Source: a virus
Taxonomy: Duplodnaviria > Caudoviricetes
Virus record (IMG/VR): IMGVR_UViG_3300030332_001412
Location: 2,204 to 66,203 of that record
DNA: 64,000 bases
Reading direction: 5' to 3' (one strand)
Part shown: one piece after another, positions 36,900 to 46,475 of the stretch
How positions within the stretch are numbered: the stretch's first letter is position 1
Layout of the letters: the number at the start of each line of letters is the position of its first letter
The notes under the pieces: generated by a model
The model's database searches: none
What the model was told of the DNA's origin: nothing
The model's input: only the letters and a program-made list of their open reading frames with translations
Translations under genes and position numbers: made by a program

Positions 36900-38192
36900 T
36901 TATTCAGCCGCGTCCATTTCGGCGTTCTCGGGGTAGGCCTCGGCGAAGATTTCCGGCTGCTCGTCGCGAACAGCAGACATCGCTGCGGTCTTGCTGATCT
37001 TGCGTTCGGCAGCGACCTTGGCGACAGCGGCGTCATAGGTCTGGCGAGCCTTGGCAAGATCGGTCGGGCCTTCGCCGCCCTCGGTGGTGCCGAGCGATTT
37101 CATCATGGAACCGCCCGCCTTGTTCATCTGCTCAAGCGACTTCAGGATGCCCTTCGCGGCGTCGCTATCGGCACCAAGCTGGTCAGCCGACTTGAGCATT
37201 TCGGTCGAAATCGCCTTGGCGACGTTCGGATAGGCGGCGGCACGCTTTTCGATGGTGCCGGTCGCATTTTCCTCGCGCAGCTTTTTGATTTCCTCGGCCT
37301 GCGCATCCATGCGCTTTGCCATCATGGCAGCGACCGCACCGTCCGACTTGCGGATCTCGGTGCCATCGGCGCACTTGTAGAGAACCGGGTCGCCCTCGTT
37401 TGCCTTGGTCACCTCGGTCGCGCGATCATCGGCGGACTTTGCGATGAACGCGCTCTTGGTCGCGTCATCGGCCAGGCCGTCGTAATACTTGCGGACATCG
37501 GCGGGCATTTCGAGGATGGCGATCTGGCGCTTCATCGCGTCCATTTCGTCCTTCTCGCCCTTCTTCTTCTTCTTGTCGGCGGCCATCTTGGCCAGATCGG
37601 GGTTCGCGTCGAGGGCGTCGAAATCGTCGAGCGTATCGGCGGCTTCGATGATGTCCTGCGCTTCCTGTGCGGTCGACTTGGCGATGGCAAAAGATGCCAC
37701 AGCCGAGGCGAGGGCGGCCTTCGTGGTAATCGTCATGGTTGGCTCCTTGGGTTGGGGCTGTGACTCGATCCAGCCGGTTGCCGCCTTCTGGATCGCTTTG
37801 CTCATTTCGTCGTCCGAGGATTTCGACCCCGCCGACCGGGCGGCGGCAACCGCCCTGTCTACCAATTCGTTGACGCTGGCGACATAATCCGTCGAGGCCG
37901 TCGAGCCATCGCCGCCATCGGAAAGTTCGTCCGTCAGCGCGGTGCGGAAAGCATCGTTGCGTTGCCAGAGCCCGTCGAACGTATCCCAGAAGGCGCGATT
38001 AACGCGCTCGCTGACCATCGCGCCATTCAGGGCCTCGTCAAAGGTCGCCTTGATCAGCGGGTAGTGCGGCGACAGCTTGGAAATGTCGGGCGCCCGCTTG
38101 ATGATCGCGACCGTCGCGTGTTCCTGACAGGGGCGATCAACGGCGGCGATCTTGGTGACGGAAATGCGGTTCAGAACGCGCTTCGTGGCCAT
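36900..38192 (-). CDS. Head scaffolding protein
   Basis: ISVTKIAAVDRPCQEHA N-terminus, charged helical body, position before cement and capsid. Confidence 0.7.
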   Translation of the reverse strand: MATKRVLNRISVTKIAAVDRPCQEHATVAIIKRAPDISKLSPHYPLIKATFDEALNGAMVSERVNRAFWDTFDGLWQRNDAFRTALTDELSDGGDGSTASTDYVASVNELVDRAVAAARSAGSKSSDDEMSKAIQKAATGWIESQPQPKEPTMTITTKAALASAVASFAIAKSTAQEAQDIIEAADTLDDFDALDANPDLAKMAADKKKKKGEKDEMDAMKRQIAILEMPADVRKYYDGLADDATKSAFIAKSADDRATEVTKANEGDPVLYKCADGTEIRKSDGAVAAMMAKRMDAQAEEIKKLREENATGTIEKRAAAYPNVAKAISTEMLKSADQLGADSDAAKGILKSLEQMNKAGGSMMKSLGTTEGGEGPTDLAKARQTYDAAVAKVAAERKISKTAAMSAVRDEQPEIFAEAYPENAEMDAAE

Positions 38193-38668
38193 CAGGCCGC
38201 CTCCTCGATTTCATCGAATTCGACCCGCTGGCCCTCAATCGAAAAGCCGGTGTAAGTGCCGTCGCGGAATTTCGCGAGAATGTCGTCATCGGCGGGGTGA
38301 TAGCCGACGACCAAGCCGGTCTTTTCGACCTGCCAGCCGAGCGCCTTGGCGATTTCCTCGGTGACGGGAAACTGGAAATAATAGGAGCCGACATCGGGGC
38401 CCGCGTGCATATCGTTGCCAGCGGTCTGCATCCCGGTCTCGGCGGCATCGACCGCCGCCTTGAACATGGCGTCCTCGGTGATGTGTTCGGGCACGCGCTG
38501 GCCCTTGTGGACGCCCTCAAGATCGACGTTGAGATCGTAATATTCGACCAGATTGCCGTCGGCGTCGCGGTTCTTGCAGACGATAGCATAGCCAAAGACG
38601 AGGCCATGCTCGTCATCGACATTGATAACGTCGTTCACCTTGACGATCTTTGACCCGATCTGGCTCAC
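38192..38668 (-). CDS. XkdF-like capsid maturation protease
   Basis: DEHGLVFGYA, NDMH, YTGFSIEG. Confidence 0.75.
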   Translation of the reverse strand: MSQIGSKIVKVNDVINVDDEHGLVFGYAIVCKNRDADGNLVEYYDLNVDLEGVHKGQRVPEHITEDAMFKAAVDAAETGMQTAGNDMHAGPDVGSYYFQFPVTEEIAKALGWQVEKTGLVVGYHPADDDILAKFRDGTYTGFSIEGQRVEFDEIEEAA

Positions 38669-38784
38669 CAGCGACTCCCTGCCTAGCGCATTCTGTGGTG
38701 GTCAGGGGGTTGCCAGATCGAAAAACCCGACTGCCCGCCATGGGGCCTAATACCGCGACTCGGCTTCGAGGGATAGCCCCCTGT

Positions 38785-39780
38785 TTATCGCTGCCGAATT
38801 CTGGTCAGGATTGCGCACCGGCACTGGATTGTCTCCTTGGCCGGGGCCTCGGGATCGCCGGGATAGCGCAACTCGCCATTTTCCGTCACCCAAGTCTCGC
38901 CCCAATTGCGCACTTGGTCATTGAGCAGGCGGTGCGTGCGGCGCTCGCGATTGTCGAGTCGAGTGCGCCATGTGCGTTCCAATTGCTCGGCCCTGATGTG
39001 CCCGGCGGCGATTGCCTGGCGATAGGCTTCCTCGTTGCCCTGATGGACGGAGCGCAGCGCCTCGGTGCGGCCAATGACCTCGGCCCGGTGCTTGATGTAT
39101 CGCTCGCTATAGCGGCGCACCATCATATCGATCTTCTCGGGAGCCAGCTTGCGGCCAGCCCGGGCGGCGGCGCGCACCGATCTGTCCGACCGGCCATCGC
39201 GCAACGCGCGCGAGAGGGCGTTATCGGCGGCGGCATCATCGACGCCGACGCGCTCAAGCGCGGCCCGATAGCTGGCCACATGGCCCCATTGGCTTTCGGT
39301 AAGGCCGATTGAATCCCGGAAATCGCGTGCCTGCGCGCGGGGGTTCTTGCCGGTCTCGACGCCCGAGAGGACAGCCATCCAAGTCGCCCGGCGCTGCTCG
39401 TCGGTAAACTCGCGGATCAATTCGAGGCGATTGCGCTGCATGGCGGCGACGGCCAGCAGATTGACCTGATCAAAGACGATCCGGCCCACCCCGGCCTCGC
39501 GCAGCCAATCGGAGGTCGATTGCCCACTGGTGACGAAAGCGACGTTGGTCGCGGCGGCCAGCTGCTCGGCGGCATCGGCCAACTGGTCGATTGCCTCCTG
39601 CAAGCGGCCCTGTTCGATCAGATCGGCGAGGGCGCCCAGATCGACCTCATTCTTGAGGTTCTGGACAGCGGTGCGGAAGATCTGGGCAATCCGCGGCTCC
39701 TGCTGGTCGATCAGCCGTTCAATCCGGGATTCGGGGTCTTCCCAATAGGCCTCGGCCTTGGCGATCGTCAGCGCGTCCAT
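38785..39780 (-). CDS. Minor head protein (Mu gpF / SPP1 gp7-like)
   Basis: RAEVIGRTEA, WRTRLDNRERRTH, LRYPGDP...ETIQCRC. Confidence 0.9.
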   Translation of the reverse strand: MDALTIAKAEAYWEDPESRIERLIDQQEPRIAQIFRTAVQNLKNEVDLGALADLIEQGRLQEAIDQLADAAEQLAAATNVAFVTSGQSTSDWLREAGVGRIVFDQVNLLAVAAMQRNRLELIREFTDEQRRATWMAVLSGVETGKNPRAQARDFRDSIGLTESQWGHVASYRAALERVGVDDAAADNALSRALRDGRSDRSVRAAARAGRKLAPEKIDMMVRRYSERYIKHRAEVIGRTEALRSVHQGNEEAYRQAIAAGHIRAEQLERTWRTRLDNRERRTHRLLNDQVRNWGETWVTENGELRYPGDPEAPAKETIQCRCAILTRIRQR

Positions 39781-39783
39781 GGC

Positions 39784-40182
39784 CTAGACCTTATCGGGGC
39801 CGCGCCGATCCCGACAGAGAAAACGATATGTCGCCGCCGCCGGGTCGCGCTTGAGCAATTGGACCGCGTAGAGCGTGAGCCCTTCGATTTCGATTGCATC
39901 GTTGCGCAGCGGCACCCCGCCCTCCGGGATGGTATCGCCGATCAGCAGGGCGATCCGGTCGTTCAATTCGAACGTGACGCCCGCTGGCGGGGTCGAGGGC
40001 AGATCTTCCCATATCCCCTTGATGCCGGTGAACGCCTGCGGGGTCTTGGCCTTGCCGCCGGTCAGATTGCCAGCCTCGCGGCCTCCGTCGATCATGCGCG
40101 TCACCGTCACGTCGAGCAGGCCCGGGGCGACGTGCTGCTTGATCAGCCCGGCAATATCGACGCCGAATAGCGGGTTGCCCAT
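39784..40182 (-). CDS. Head closure / head-tail joining protein
   Basis: MGNPLFGVDIAGLI..., DPAAATY; TGATG-coupled to adaptor. Confidence 0.65.
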   Translation of the reverse strand: MGNPLFGVDIAGLIKQHVAPGLLDVTVTRMIDGGREAGNLTGGKAKTPQAFTGIKGIWEDLPSTPPAGVTFELNDRIALLIGDTIPEGGVPLRNDAIEIEGLTLYAVQLLKRDPAAATYRFLCRDRRGPDKV

Positions 40183-40718
40183 CAGTCGTAATCCACGCTT
40201 GCGATGGGCCAATCCCAAGGGAAGCGGCCACCGAGCGGCGGGATGCAATCTTGCGTGCCGAACGCCTCGGCGCCCGCATTGAGCGCGCCCGAGCCCGCGC
40301 CACCGTCCAGGCAAACCAGATTGGCCGTCAGCAGCAAGGTCCAGAGCGCCTTGGGTATCGGGGGGCCGCCATCGACCGGCGAGAAGAATTCGATCTGGGC
40401 CGAACCGGCCTTGGCCGACTTGATATTGCTCGCGCCGCTGGCGTCGGCAAATAGCGCCGGGTTGGCGTTCAGATCGGCGGCCAGCATGGCGGCGACCTCG
40501 GGGATGGGCGATTGCTGATCTTCCGCCGGGTCCGGCGTCTCGGCGCACCACGGCAGGGCGATCATCATGCGCGTGGCGCTGACCAGCGCGCGGCCCTTGG
40601 CGTCATTATTGGCCAAGGCCCAAGAGGTCGCCCGGCTGATGTCGCCGCCGAGATATTCGTCCGCGCCTTCGACGGATTGAAACGCCTGATATTCGGTCGT
40701 CCCGATGGTAACGATCAT
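40182..40718 (-). CDS. Head-tail adaptor (DnaT-like ssDNA-binding family)
   Basis: FQSVEGADEY...KGRALVSATR, IKSAKAGSAQIEFF. Confidence 0.75.
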   Translation of the reverse strand: MIVTIGTTEYQAFQSVEGADEYLGGDISRATSWALANNDAKGRALVSATRMMIALPWCAETPDPAEDQQSPIPEVAAMLAADLNANPALFADASGASNIKSAKAGSAQIEFFSPVDGGPPIPKALWTLLLTANLVCLDGGAGSGALNAGAEAFGTQDCIPPLGGRFPWDWPIASVDYD

Positions 40719-42250
40719 CGCCGCATCCTCGCCTTCGCCATATTGCGGCGCGAGCGCAGCACCCGCACCTTGGTCAAGCCATCCTCGGGGTTGTCCTCAA
40801 GATCATCGTCGGGATCGGCCGGCGCGGGTTCTTTCCGGCGCGGGTTGAGCGACAGGTCCATTTCATCGACGCGAGGCTCGGGGCGCGTCAGACCGAGCAG
40901 ATCGTAGATTTCGCCAACCGCCGGATCGTCGGCCATCATCGGCGCGCCAGCATTGGCCAGCTTGGCCAGCGTATCGGCGACCTGTTCGATGTCGCGGTCG
41001 CTGATTTCATTGACACCCATCTGCGGGCGCAATTCCTCGGGCCAGCCGTTCAAATCGGCCAGCGGGGCGATGATGTCGCGGTCGTAGATTTCGCAAAGAT
41101 CAAGCAGCGTGCTTGTGACCGTCAGGTAGAACGTGCCGACCTTGGAACGCGCCAGCGCGAGCGAGCCCGAGCCATCGGCACCAAGGAGCAAATGCTCTGT
41201 GCCGAGGATGCGCGCCAGTTCTTGGTTCATCCGATTAACGGCGGCGGCCATCGCCTCGAAGCTGCTCGAATCGCCATTGAGCAATTCAAGCGCCCACTTG
41301 GGCGTGCCCGATGGGGTGGTGGCCTTATCGACGCTCGTCGCCAGATAGGGGTCGGATGGCAAGAGCATGGCCGATTTGACGTTGCGGACGTGCTTATCAA
41401 GCCAATTGCGCAGCGGGGCCAGCAGGGCGACCCGGCGAGCCTCGGCCCGGGCGCGCGCTTCGGATTCAGGCGGTCCCGCTTCCTCGACCTCGGCCTTGAG
41501 TTCGCCAAGCGGGGCCCGGGCGACGGGAATGCCGCGCAGATCGGTGGTAAAGCCGATTTCTTCCAATTTCAGGAAGGTCTCCAAGCGGCTCGCGGTCTTG
41601 GCGAGGTGCCGGAAAAGCCCCACGCCCTCGGGGCTATCGGTCAGCGTATCATCGACCGCATAGACGATTTTGTTGCGCGGCAGCGGCACATCGGCCCGGC
41701 CAGGCACGCGCTGCACCACAGATTCGACCGTGCCGCCCTCGTCGCGGTTCCACCGGGCAATCGATTTCTGCGGGCGATGCTCAATGTCCTTGAGGCCAAT
41801 CGAACCGTCGTCGTTGACCTTGGCGGTCCATTCTTGGATCGCGAAGCCGTAGAGCCGATAGGCGGCGGTCTTGCGAACGATCGATGACCACGATGATGTC
41901 ATGCCGAACAGTTCGCGATAGACCTGATCGGCGTAGCCTTGCGCGACGGCCTTTTCGTTCTCGTTCAGATCCTCGGGGGGATTGACGGTCCAGACCGCGT
42001 TACTGGTCAGATTGAGAAACAGCCGCACGCCAGCGGCCACAATGCTGACATCGCGGACCATTCGGTCGAATTCATCGAATCGGCGCTGGCCGACCAGATT
42101 AAGCTCCCGGTCGGGTTCATCGAAAGTGCCGGCTCCCTCGCCAGACCCGATGCTGCCCGTCGTTCGCGTCGATCCCAAGGTCGATGTCGCCGACCCGCGC
42201 TTGCTAAATCCGAGAGCGTCCCCGGCCCGCTTGAGAATGCTATCCGCCAA
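40715..42250 (-). CDS. Portal protein
   Basis: 511 aa after terminase; YGFAIQE, LKDIEHRPQKSIARW, DSPEG.GLFR. Confidence 0.85.
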   Translation of the reverse strand: MADSILKRAGDALGFSKRGSATSTLGSTRTTGSIGSGEGAGTFDEPDRELNLVGQRRFDEFDRMVRDVSIVAAGVRLFLNLTSNAVWTVNPPEDLNENEKAVAQGYADQVYRELFGMTSSWSSIVRKTAAYRLYGFAIQEWTAKVNDDGSIGLKDIEHRPQKSIARWNRDEGGTVESVVQRVPGRADVPLPRNKIVYAVDDTLTDSPEGVGLFRHLAKTASRLETFLKLEEIGFTTDLRGIPVARAPLGELKAEVEEAGPPESEARARAEARRVALLAPLRNWLDKHVRNVKSAMLLPSDPYLATSVDKATTPSGTPKWALELLNGDSSSFEAMAAAVNRMNQELARILGTEHLLLGADGSGSLALARSKVGTFYLTVTSTLLDLCEIYDRDIIAPLADLNGWPEELRPQMGVNEISDRDIEQVADTLAKLANAGAPMMADDPAVGEIYDLLGLTRPEPRVDEMDLSLNPRRKEPAPADPDDDLEDNPEDGLTKVRVLRSRRNMAKARMRR

Positions 42251-42416
42251 TGCTCGGCCTCCTGTTCGCTGGCATCCATACGCCAGACGGGCCCTGCGGT
42301 CTATCGGCTCGGCCAGATCAAAGAAATCGGGCCGCCCCCGAAGGAACGGCCCGACCGGATAATCCGAGAGCCCCCGGGCCGTAGCACGAACCCCGGGGCG
42401 CTGTCATTAGGTCAGA

Positions 42417-42680
42417 TCAGCAATGTCGCGCGGCGGCTTGGCGCGATACACCCGCCTCGTGGCGCAGCGATTGGAGAAGGCCGGGATCGAACGGCTCGCC
42501 GGGATCGACAAGCAAGGGGGCGTCATAGCCATCGACCAGCCGCAAGGGCTCGGGCTTGAAGGCATCGACCATCCAATCCCACGCGCGATTGATCGCCTCG
42601 GTCGCCATATTGAACGCTGCGATGGGCAGCGCGGCGATCAGGGCGAGGGCGGCGTAGAGGTGGGTCTTTCGCAATACCAT
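42417..42680 (-). CDS. Small protein with N-terminal hydrophobic helix
   Basis: SD AAAGGAGG; HLYAALALIAALPIAA. Confidence 0.6.
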   Translation of the reverse strand: MVLRKTHLYAALALIAALPIAAFNMATEAINRAWDWMVDAFKPEPLRLVDGYDAPLLVDPGEPFDPGLLQSLRHEAGVSRQAAARHC

Positions 42681-42990
42681 GGGATTTCCTCCTTTGACGA
42701 TCGCGGCCCAATCGGGGCCGAGAGATCGGCACTGTGCGACGGAAAGGGGGAAAGGACAAGGGGCCGGAAGCGCGAGCCGCCGACCCCTCTACCCTTCCGC
42801 GCCGGACTGTCCCCCGACGCCGGGGCGGGTCGCCCCCTCGGTATCTCAATGGCTGTTCGGTCGGTGCCTCCCCGACCCGCGCCGCCACCGCGCCCTGCCG
42901 CTATTCCCCTTGAGTGACTGGCGTTCGGCAGACTCAGTTGTCACGCCCGGGGTGTTGCCGCGATCTGGGCGGATTGGCAAGCGCAGGCTG

Positions 42991-44580
42991 TCAGGCGCCC
43001 CATGGGTCGCCGTCGAAGCCAGCCCCGGGCGCCGGTTCCTCGAAATCACTTTCGTCGCCGACTTCCTCGGGCGCGGCGTTCTGGGCAATCGGCATCGTGC
43101 CGACCAATTCGAGGAAGGCGCGGCTGCTGGCGTCAACTTGGTCTTTGAGGGAGGCGCCGGGGAAATTGCGCAATTCCTCGATGTATTGGCCGTTCCATGG
43201 CCCCCGCACCAGATGCACCCGTTCGGCCCCGACTTGCGCCGCGAAAGGCTCGGCGCGGGTCTGCTTGTCGCCCGTCTCCGGGGTGCAGATATAGTTATAA
43301 CCCATCAGGATTTCGGAGACGCGCCACTTGAAGGCCTTGCCCCCGAAGCCGGGGTCTTGCGGGATCGATATGCGGACGCTCGGCACATCGGATCGATCTT
43401 GCGCGCTGACCTCGGCGATCATGCGTTCGACGCCGGTTGGATCCTCCTTGCGGCGCTCGACGTGCCGGACGTAAATATCGCCGCCGACGCGGGTCATCAG
43501 CACGCGGACGGTATAGGGCGATTTCTTCCGCTTGCTGCCAGCCAAGTCCCACCCGGCCCATGTGGTCCCGCCAGCGGGCACGCGGTCGACGATGCTGATA
43601 TGCTCGACCTTGAACATGCCGCCCTCGCGCGGCGCTGGCCGCTGCTGGTATTGGCCGTTCCACATATACTCGCCGGATTTCTTCAAATCCTCGACAGCGC
43701 GTTCCGGCACGCGCTTCGCGTCCATCAACTCGCCGTCGTATGATCGCGGGTCGGTCCAATCCTTCGTCTTGCCTGGCCGATCTGGGTCGGGCACCTGCAA
43801 GGGCGTGGTGCAGGCCCGGGCCGGTTCGAATTCCATGGGGATCATCAAGTGGACGAACCCATAATCGCGGGCGAGCAGAACGCCGGTCAGATCGCCCTCA
43901 TGCAGGCGTTGCATGACGATGACGATGGCCGACGATTCCCAATCGTTCGTGCGGTTCAAGCCGCCTTCGATGAACAGGGTGGTGGCCTTGTCGCGTTGCG
44001 TCTCGCTTTCGGCGCCCTCAAGGCTGTGCGGGTCATCGACCAGCAGGCGGTCGCCGCGCTTGCCGGTGACGGACTTGAAGGCGACCCCGGTGCGCGAGCC
44101 GGTATCATAATTGCTGAAGGACAGCACGCCCTCGGTTTTCATCGGCGTCGGCCAGAGCGATTGAAACCACTCGCTCTTGATCAGATCCAGCGTCTTGCCG
44201 TTATCGCGCTTGACGTTGCCCAATTCGAACGAGGTGCTGACATAGCGGAGGTGCGGGCGGCCAAGCGGGCCCCATTCCCACGCTTGCCAGAGAACCGAGA
44301 CGATTGTCGATTTCGACGAGCCCGGGGGGACGTTGATGATCAGGCGCGGGCGCAGCTGGCCCCGGCTGATGGCCTCAAGGTGGGCGCACATCGCATCGAG
44401 GTGCCAATTCCAGATCAGCGATGTGCCGGGTTCGATGATCTTCCACGCCAGCTTTACGAACTCGGCGAACGATTGGCATTTCTTGCGGATCGCGTCGGCG
44501 TCGCGATGGGCGTCCTCCATCATCGCGCGCGCTTGGCGGCGGGCTATCTCGGCGCGGAACGCCTCGGTCGATAGCGCCAT
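42991..44580 (-). CDS. terL: Terminase large subunit
   Basis: LIINVPPGSSKST (Walker A), GKRGDRLLVDDPH (Walker B), YQQRP, WDLA and DQVDA nuclease motifs. Confidence 0.95.
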   Translation of the reverse strand: MALSTEAFRAEIARRQARAMMEDAHRDADAIRKKCQSFAEFVKLAWKIIEPGTSLIWNWHLDAMCAHLEAISRGQLRPRLIINVPPGSSKSTIVSVLWQAWEWGPLGRPHLRYVSTSFELGNVKRDNGKTLDLIKSEWFQSLWPTPMKTEGVLSFSNYDTGSRTGVAFKSVTGKRGDRLLVDDPHSLEGAESETQRDKATTLFIEGGLNRTNDWESSAIVIVMQRLHEGDLTGVLLARDYGFVHLMIPMEFEPARACTTPLQVPDPDRPGKTKDWTDPRSYDGELMDAKRVPERAVEDLKKSGEYMWNGQYQQRPAPREGGMFKVEHISIVDRVPAGGTTWAGWDLAGSKRKKSPYTVRVLMTRVGGDIYVRHVERRKEDPTGVERMIAEVSAQDRSDVPSVRISIPQDPGFGGKAFKWRVSEILMGYNYICTPETGDKQTRAEPFAAQVGAERVHLVRGPWNGQYIEELRNFPGASLKDQVDASSRAFLELVGTMPIAQNAAPEEVGDESDFEEPAPGAGFDGDPWGA

Positions 44581-44611
44581 GGGCTCCCGGATAAGCGTTT
44601 GCCCATCGGCA

Positions 44612-45142
44612 TCATTCGTCAGTGCCGCCAAGGACTTCCTCCGGGTCCAATCCCTCCGCGATTGCGGACAGGCGGCCATATTCCAGCAATTCTTCGTGGC
44701 TCAAGCGCGACAGATCGGGGCCCGGGCCGCCGAATGGCTCGCGGGCACGGTCGCCGATTTCGACCTTTGTCGTCCAGCCGCCGAGGCGGGCAAGGATGAA
44801 TTTCTGCGCATCCAGATCGCCCTTCGCGGTCTCGGCGTCGGCGTTCTGGGCGCGATTGATCATCTGCGATCCGATCCCGGCAAGCATCTGGGCCCGGCCC
44901 AACTCCATATCCTCGGCGAAATGGCGGCGCAGGGTATCGCGGCTGACGCCGATCAGGCGGGCGATGTAATGCTCGCCATGGACCGGAAAGACCTTGGCGT
45001 AGGTGCGGACCTTTTCGCGCTGATCTTCGGTCGGGACGAAAGCGGGCTGGCCGAATCTGCCTTTCGGTGCGCCCCGGGCGTCATCGGCGCGCGTCTTGAT
45101 GTTGGGAGCCGTCGCGGGCTTCTTCTTCGGTTTGTCGGCCAT
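44612..45142 (-). CDS. terS: Terminase small subunit
   Basis: FVPTEDQREKV...IARLIGVSRDTLRRHFAEDM HTH, directly upstream of terL. Confidence 0.8.
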   Translation of the reverse strand: MADKPKKKPATAPNIKTRADDARGAPKGRFGQPAFVPTEDQREKVRTYAKVFPVHGEHYIARLIGVSRDTLRRHFAEDMELGRAQMLAGIGSQMINRAQNADAETAKGDLDAQKFILARLGGWTTKVEIGDRAREPFGGPGPDLSRLSHEELLEYGRLSAIAEGLDPEEVLGGTDE

Positions 45143-45278
45143 GGGGCCAAGATACTCACGGCTGATCGAATCGTCGAGTCCCGCCAGGCAGGCGGTTTTT
45201 CCGTCCCGGATTAAGACTTTATTAGGACTTCTCTGGCAAACGACACGCATGGGCACGCACGCACCAAGAGGAAGCCAG

Positions 45279-45449
45279 ATGATGGACGCCACCACCCTCC
45301 GCGAACAGATCCGCACCGCTATCGAATGCGCGAAGATCTACCGCACTCGCCGCCGCCAGCTTGCCTATTTCCAATTGCAGCACGCTCGCCGCCTGCGCGA
45401 ACAGCTGATCGACATTCTCGCGACCAGCGATAGCTACGAGGTGGCATAA
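45279..45449 (+). CDS. Hypothetical microprotein
   Basis: SD AGAGGA; MMDATTLREQIR... Confidence 0.55.
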   Translation: MMDATTLREQIRTAIECAKIYRTRRRQLAYFQLQHARRLREQLIDILATSDSYEVA

Positions 45450-45646
45450 TGGGCCTGATCGATACCATCGCGCTCGGCGCTTTCATCTTCGTCACGCTGG
45501 CCGTGGCCGGATGGCGGGCCCTTGATCTGCTGGCCGAGCGCGAGCGCGCCGAGGATCGCGAGCGGGTCGAATGGCTCAAGCGCCGCGCCAATGTCAGCGT
45601 CTATCGCGGGCCCCTCTATAGCGACCGGGGCCGCGAGACGGATTAA
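45449..45646 (+). CDS. Small single-TM protein
   Basis: TAATG coupling; IALGAFIFVTLAVAGW. Confidence 0.55.
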   Translation: MGLIDTIALGAFIFVTLAVAGWRALDLLAERERAEDRERVEWLKRRANVSVYRGPLYSDRGRETD

Positions 45647-45650
45647 CCTG

Positions 45651-45679
45651 TTGCTGCCACCATTGCAGCGCGATAACAC
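45651..45679 (+). promoter_or_regulatory. Promoter with 15-bp operator
   Basis: TTGCTG-17bp-TAACAC; CTGCCACCATTGCAG at 45654-45668. Confidence 0.6.
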
Positions 45680-45709
45680 GACGACCACCCCACCACGGAG
45701 ATTCGAGAC

Positions 45710-45997
45710 ATGACCATTTCCAACGCCGCCGCCGCCGACCGCGCCGATATGATCCGCGAAATCGGCAAGGCGACCCGCTTCAGCGCCTTCATGCGCTACA
45801 GCCCTTTCGACAAGCGCATTGCCTATTTCGAGGTCGAGGGCGGCGATCAGCGCGCGGCCTACGCCGCCGCTCGCGCCAAGCTGGACGAATTCGAGGCGGC
45901 CAGCGCCTTTCCGAAGCGCGGCCTGATCTACGCGATCAATGGCATCGGCAGCTTTTCGCTCGACGCCGACCTTGCCAGCGAAGCGGGCCTGATCTGA
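45710..45997 (+). CDS. Hypothetical protein
   Basis: CCACCACGGAG leader. Confidence 0.65.
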   Translation: MTISNAAAADRADMIREIGKATRFSAFMRYSPFDKRIAYFEVEGGDQRAAYAAARAKLDEFEAASAFPKRGLIYAINGIGSFSLDADLASEAGLI

Positions 45998-46233
45998 TGG
46001 CCACCCCCGCCCGCACCTTTGCCACTCGCTCGGGAGCCGTTAGGGCCGCCCGGAACGAATGCCGCAAGCACCTCGGCGACCGGTTCTATGGCTATGAGGG
46101 CCACGATTTCGAGATTCGGCACGATGGCCAACTGATGGGCGCGCTCGGTGGGCCCCGGTTTTATTTCCGGCTTTGCGGCCCGGCCTTGCTGATCGAAGAA
46201 GGCGCAACACCAGCCGAAGCGGGGATTGTCTGA
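45997..46233 (+). CDS. Hypothetical protein
   Basis: TGATG coupling. Confidence 0.6.
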   Translation: MATPARTFATRSGAVRAARNECRKHLGDRFYGYEGHDFEIRHDGQLMGALGGPRFYFRLCGPALLIEEGATPAEAGIV

Positions 46234-46475
46234 TGTCCATATCGTTTGCCGATTTCGCCGCCTCGGGGCGCGATGTTGCTGATCTTGGGGTCGAGATTGA
46301 GGGCATGGACCTCGAAGGCGTGCCGGGCCGCATCTACGCCCATCCGGGCGGGCCATTTATTCAGCGCGAGGGGGATGGATGGTTCCTGATTCTCGGCAAT
46401 GAAGATTTCTCTGGCGACCTTGCTGATCTTGAGGCCCGGCTGTTCGAATGGGCGCAGAGCGAGGGGATCGTTTGA
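46233..46475 (+). CDS. Acidic hypothetical protein
   Basis: TGATG coupling; Asp/Glu-rich. Confidence 0.6.
   Translation: MSISFADFAASGRDVADLGVEIEGMDLEGVPGRIYAHPGGPFIQREGDGWFLILGNEDFSGDLADLEARLFEWAQSEGIV

Noticed and set aside
42880-42905. Minus-strand GGGCGCGGTGGC resembling the SRP/Alu RNA 5' end
   Set aside because: A 12-nt GC-only match is expected by chance, and other SRP features are missing.
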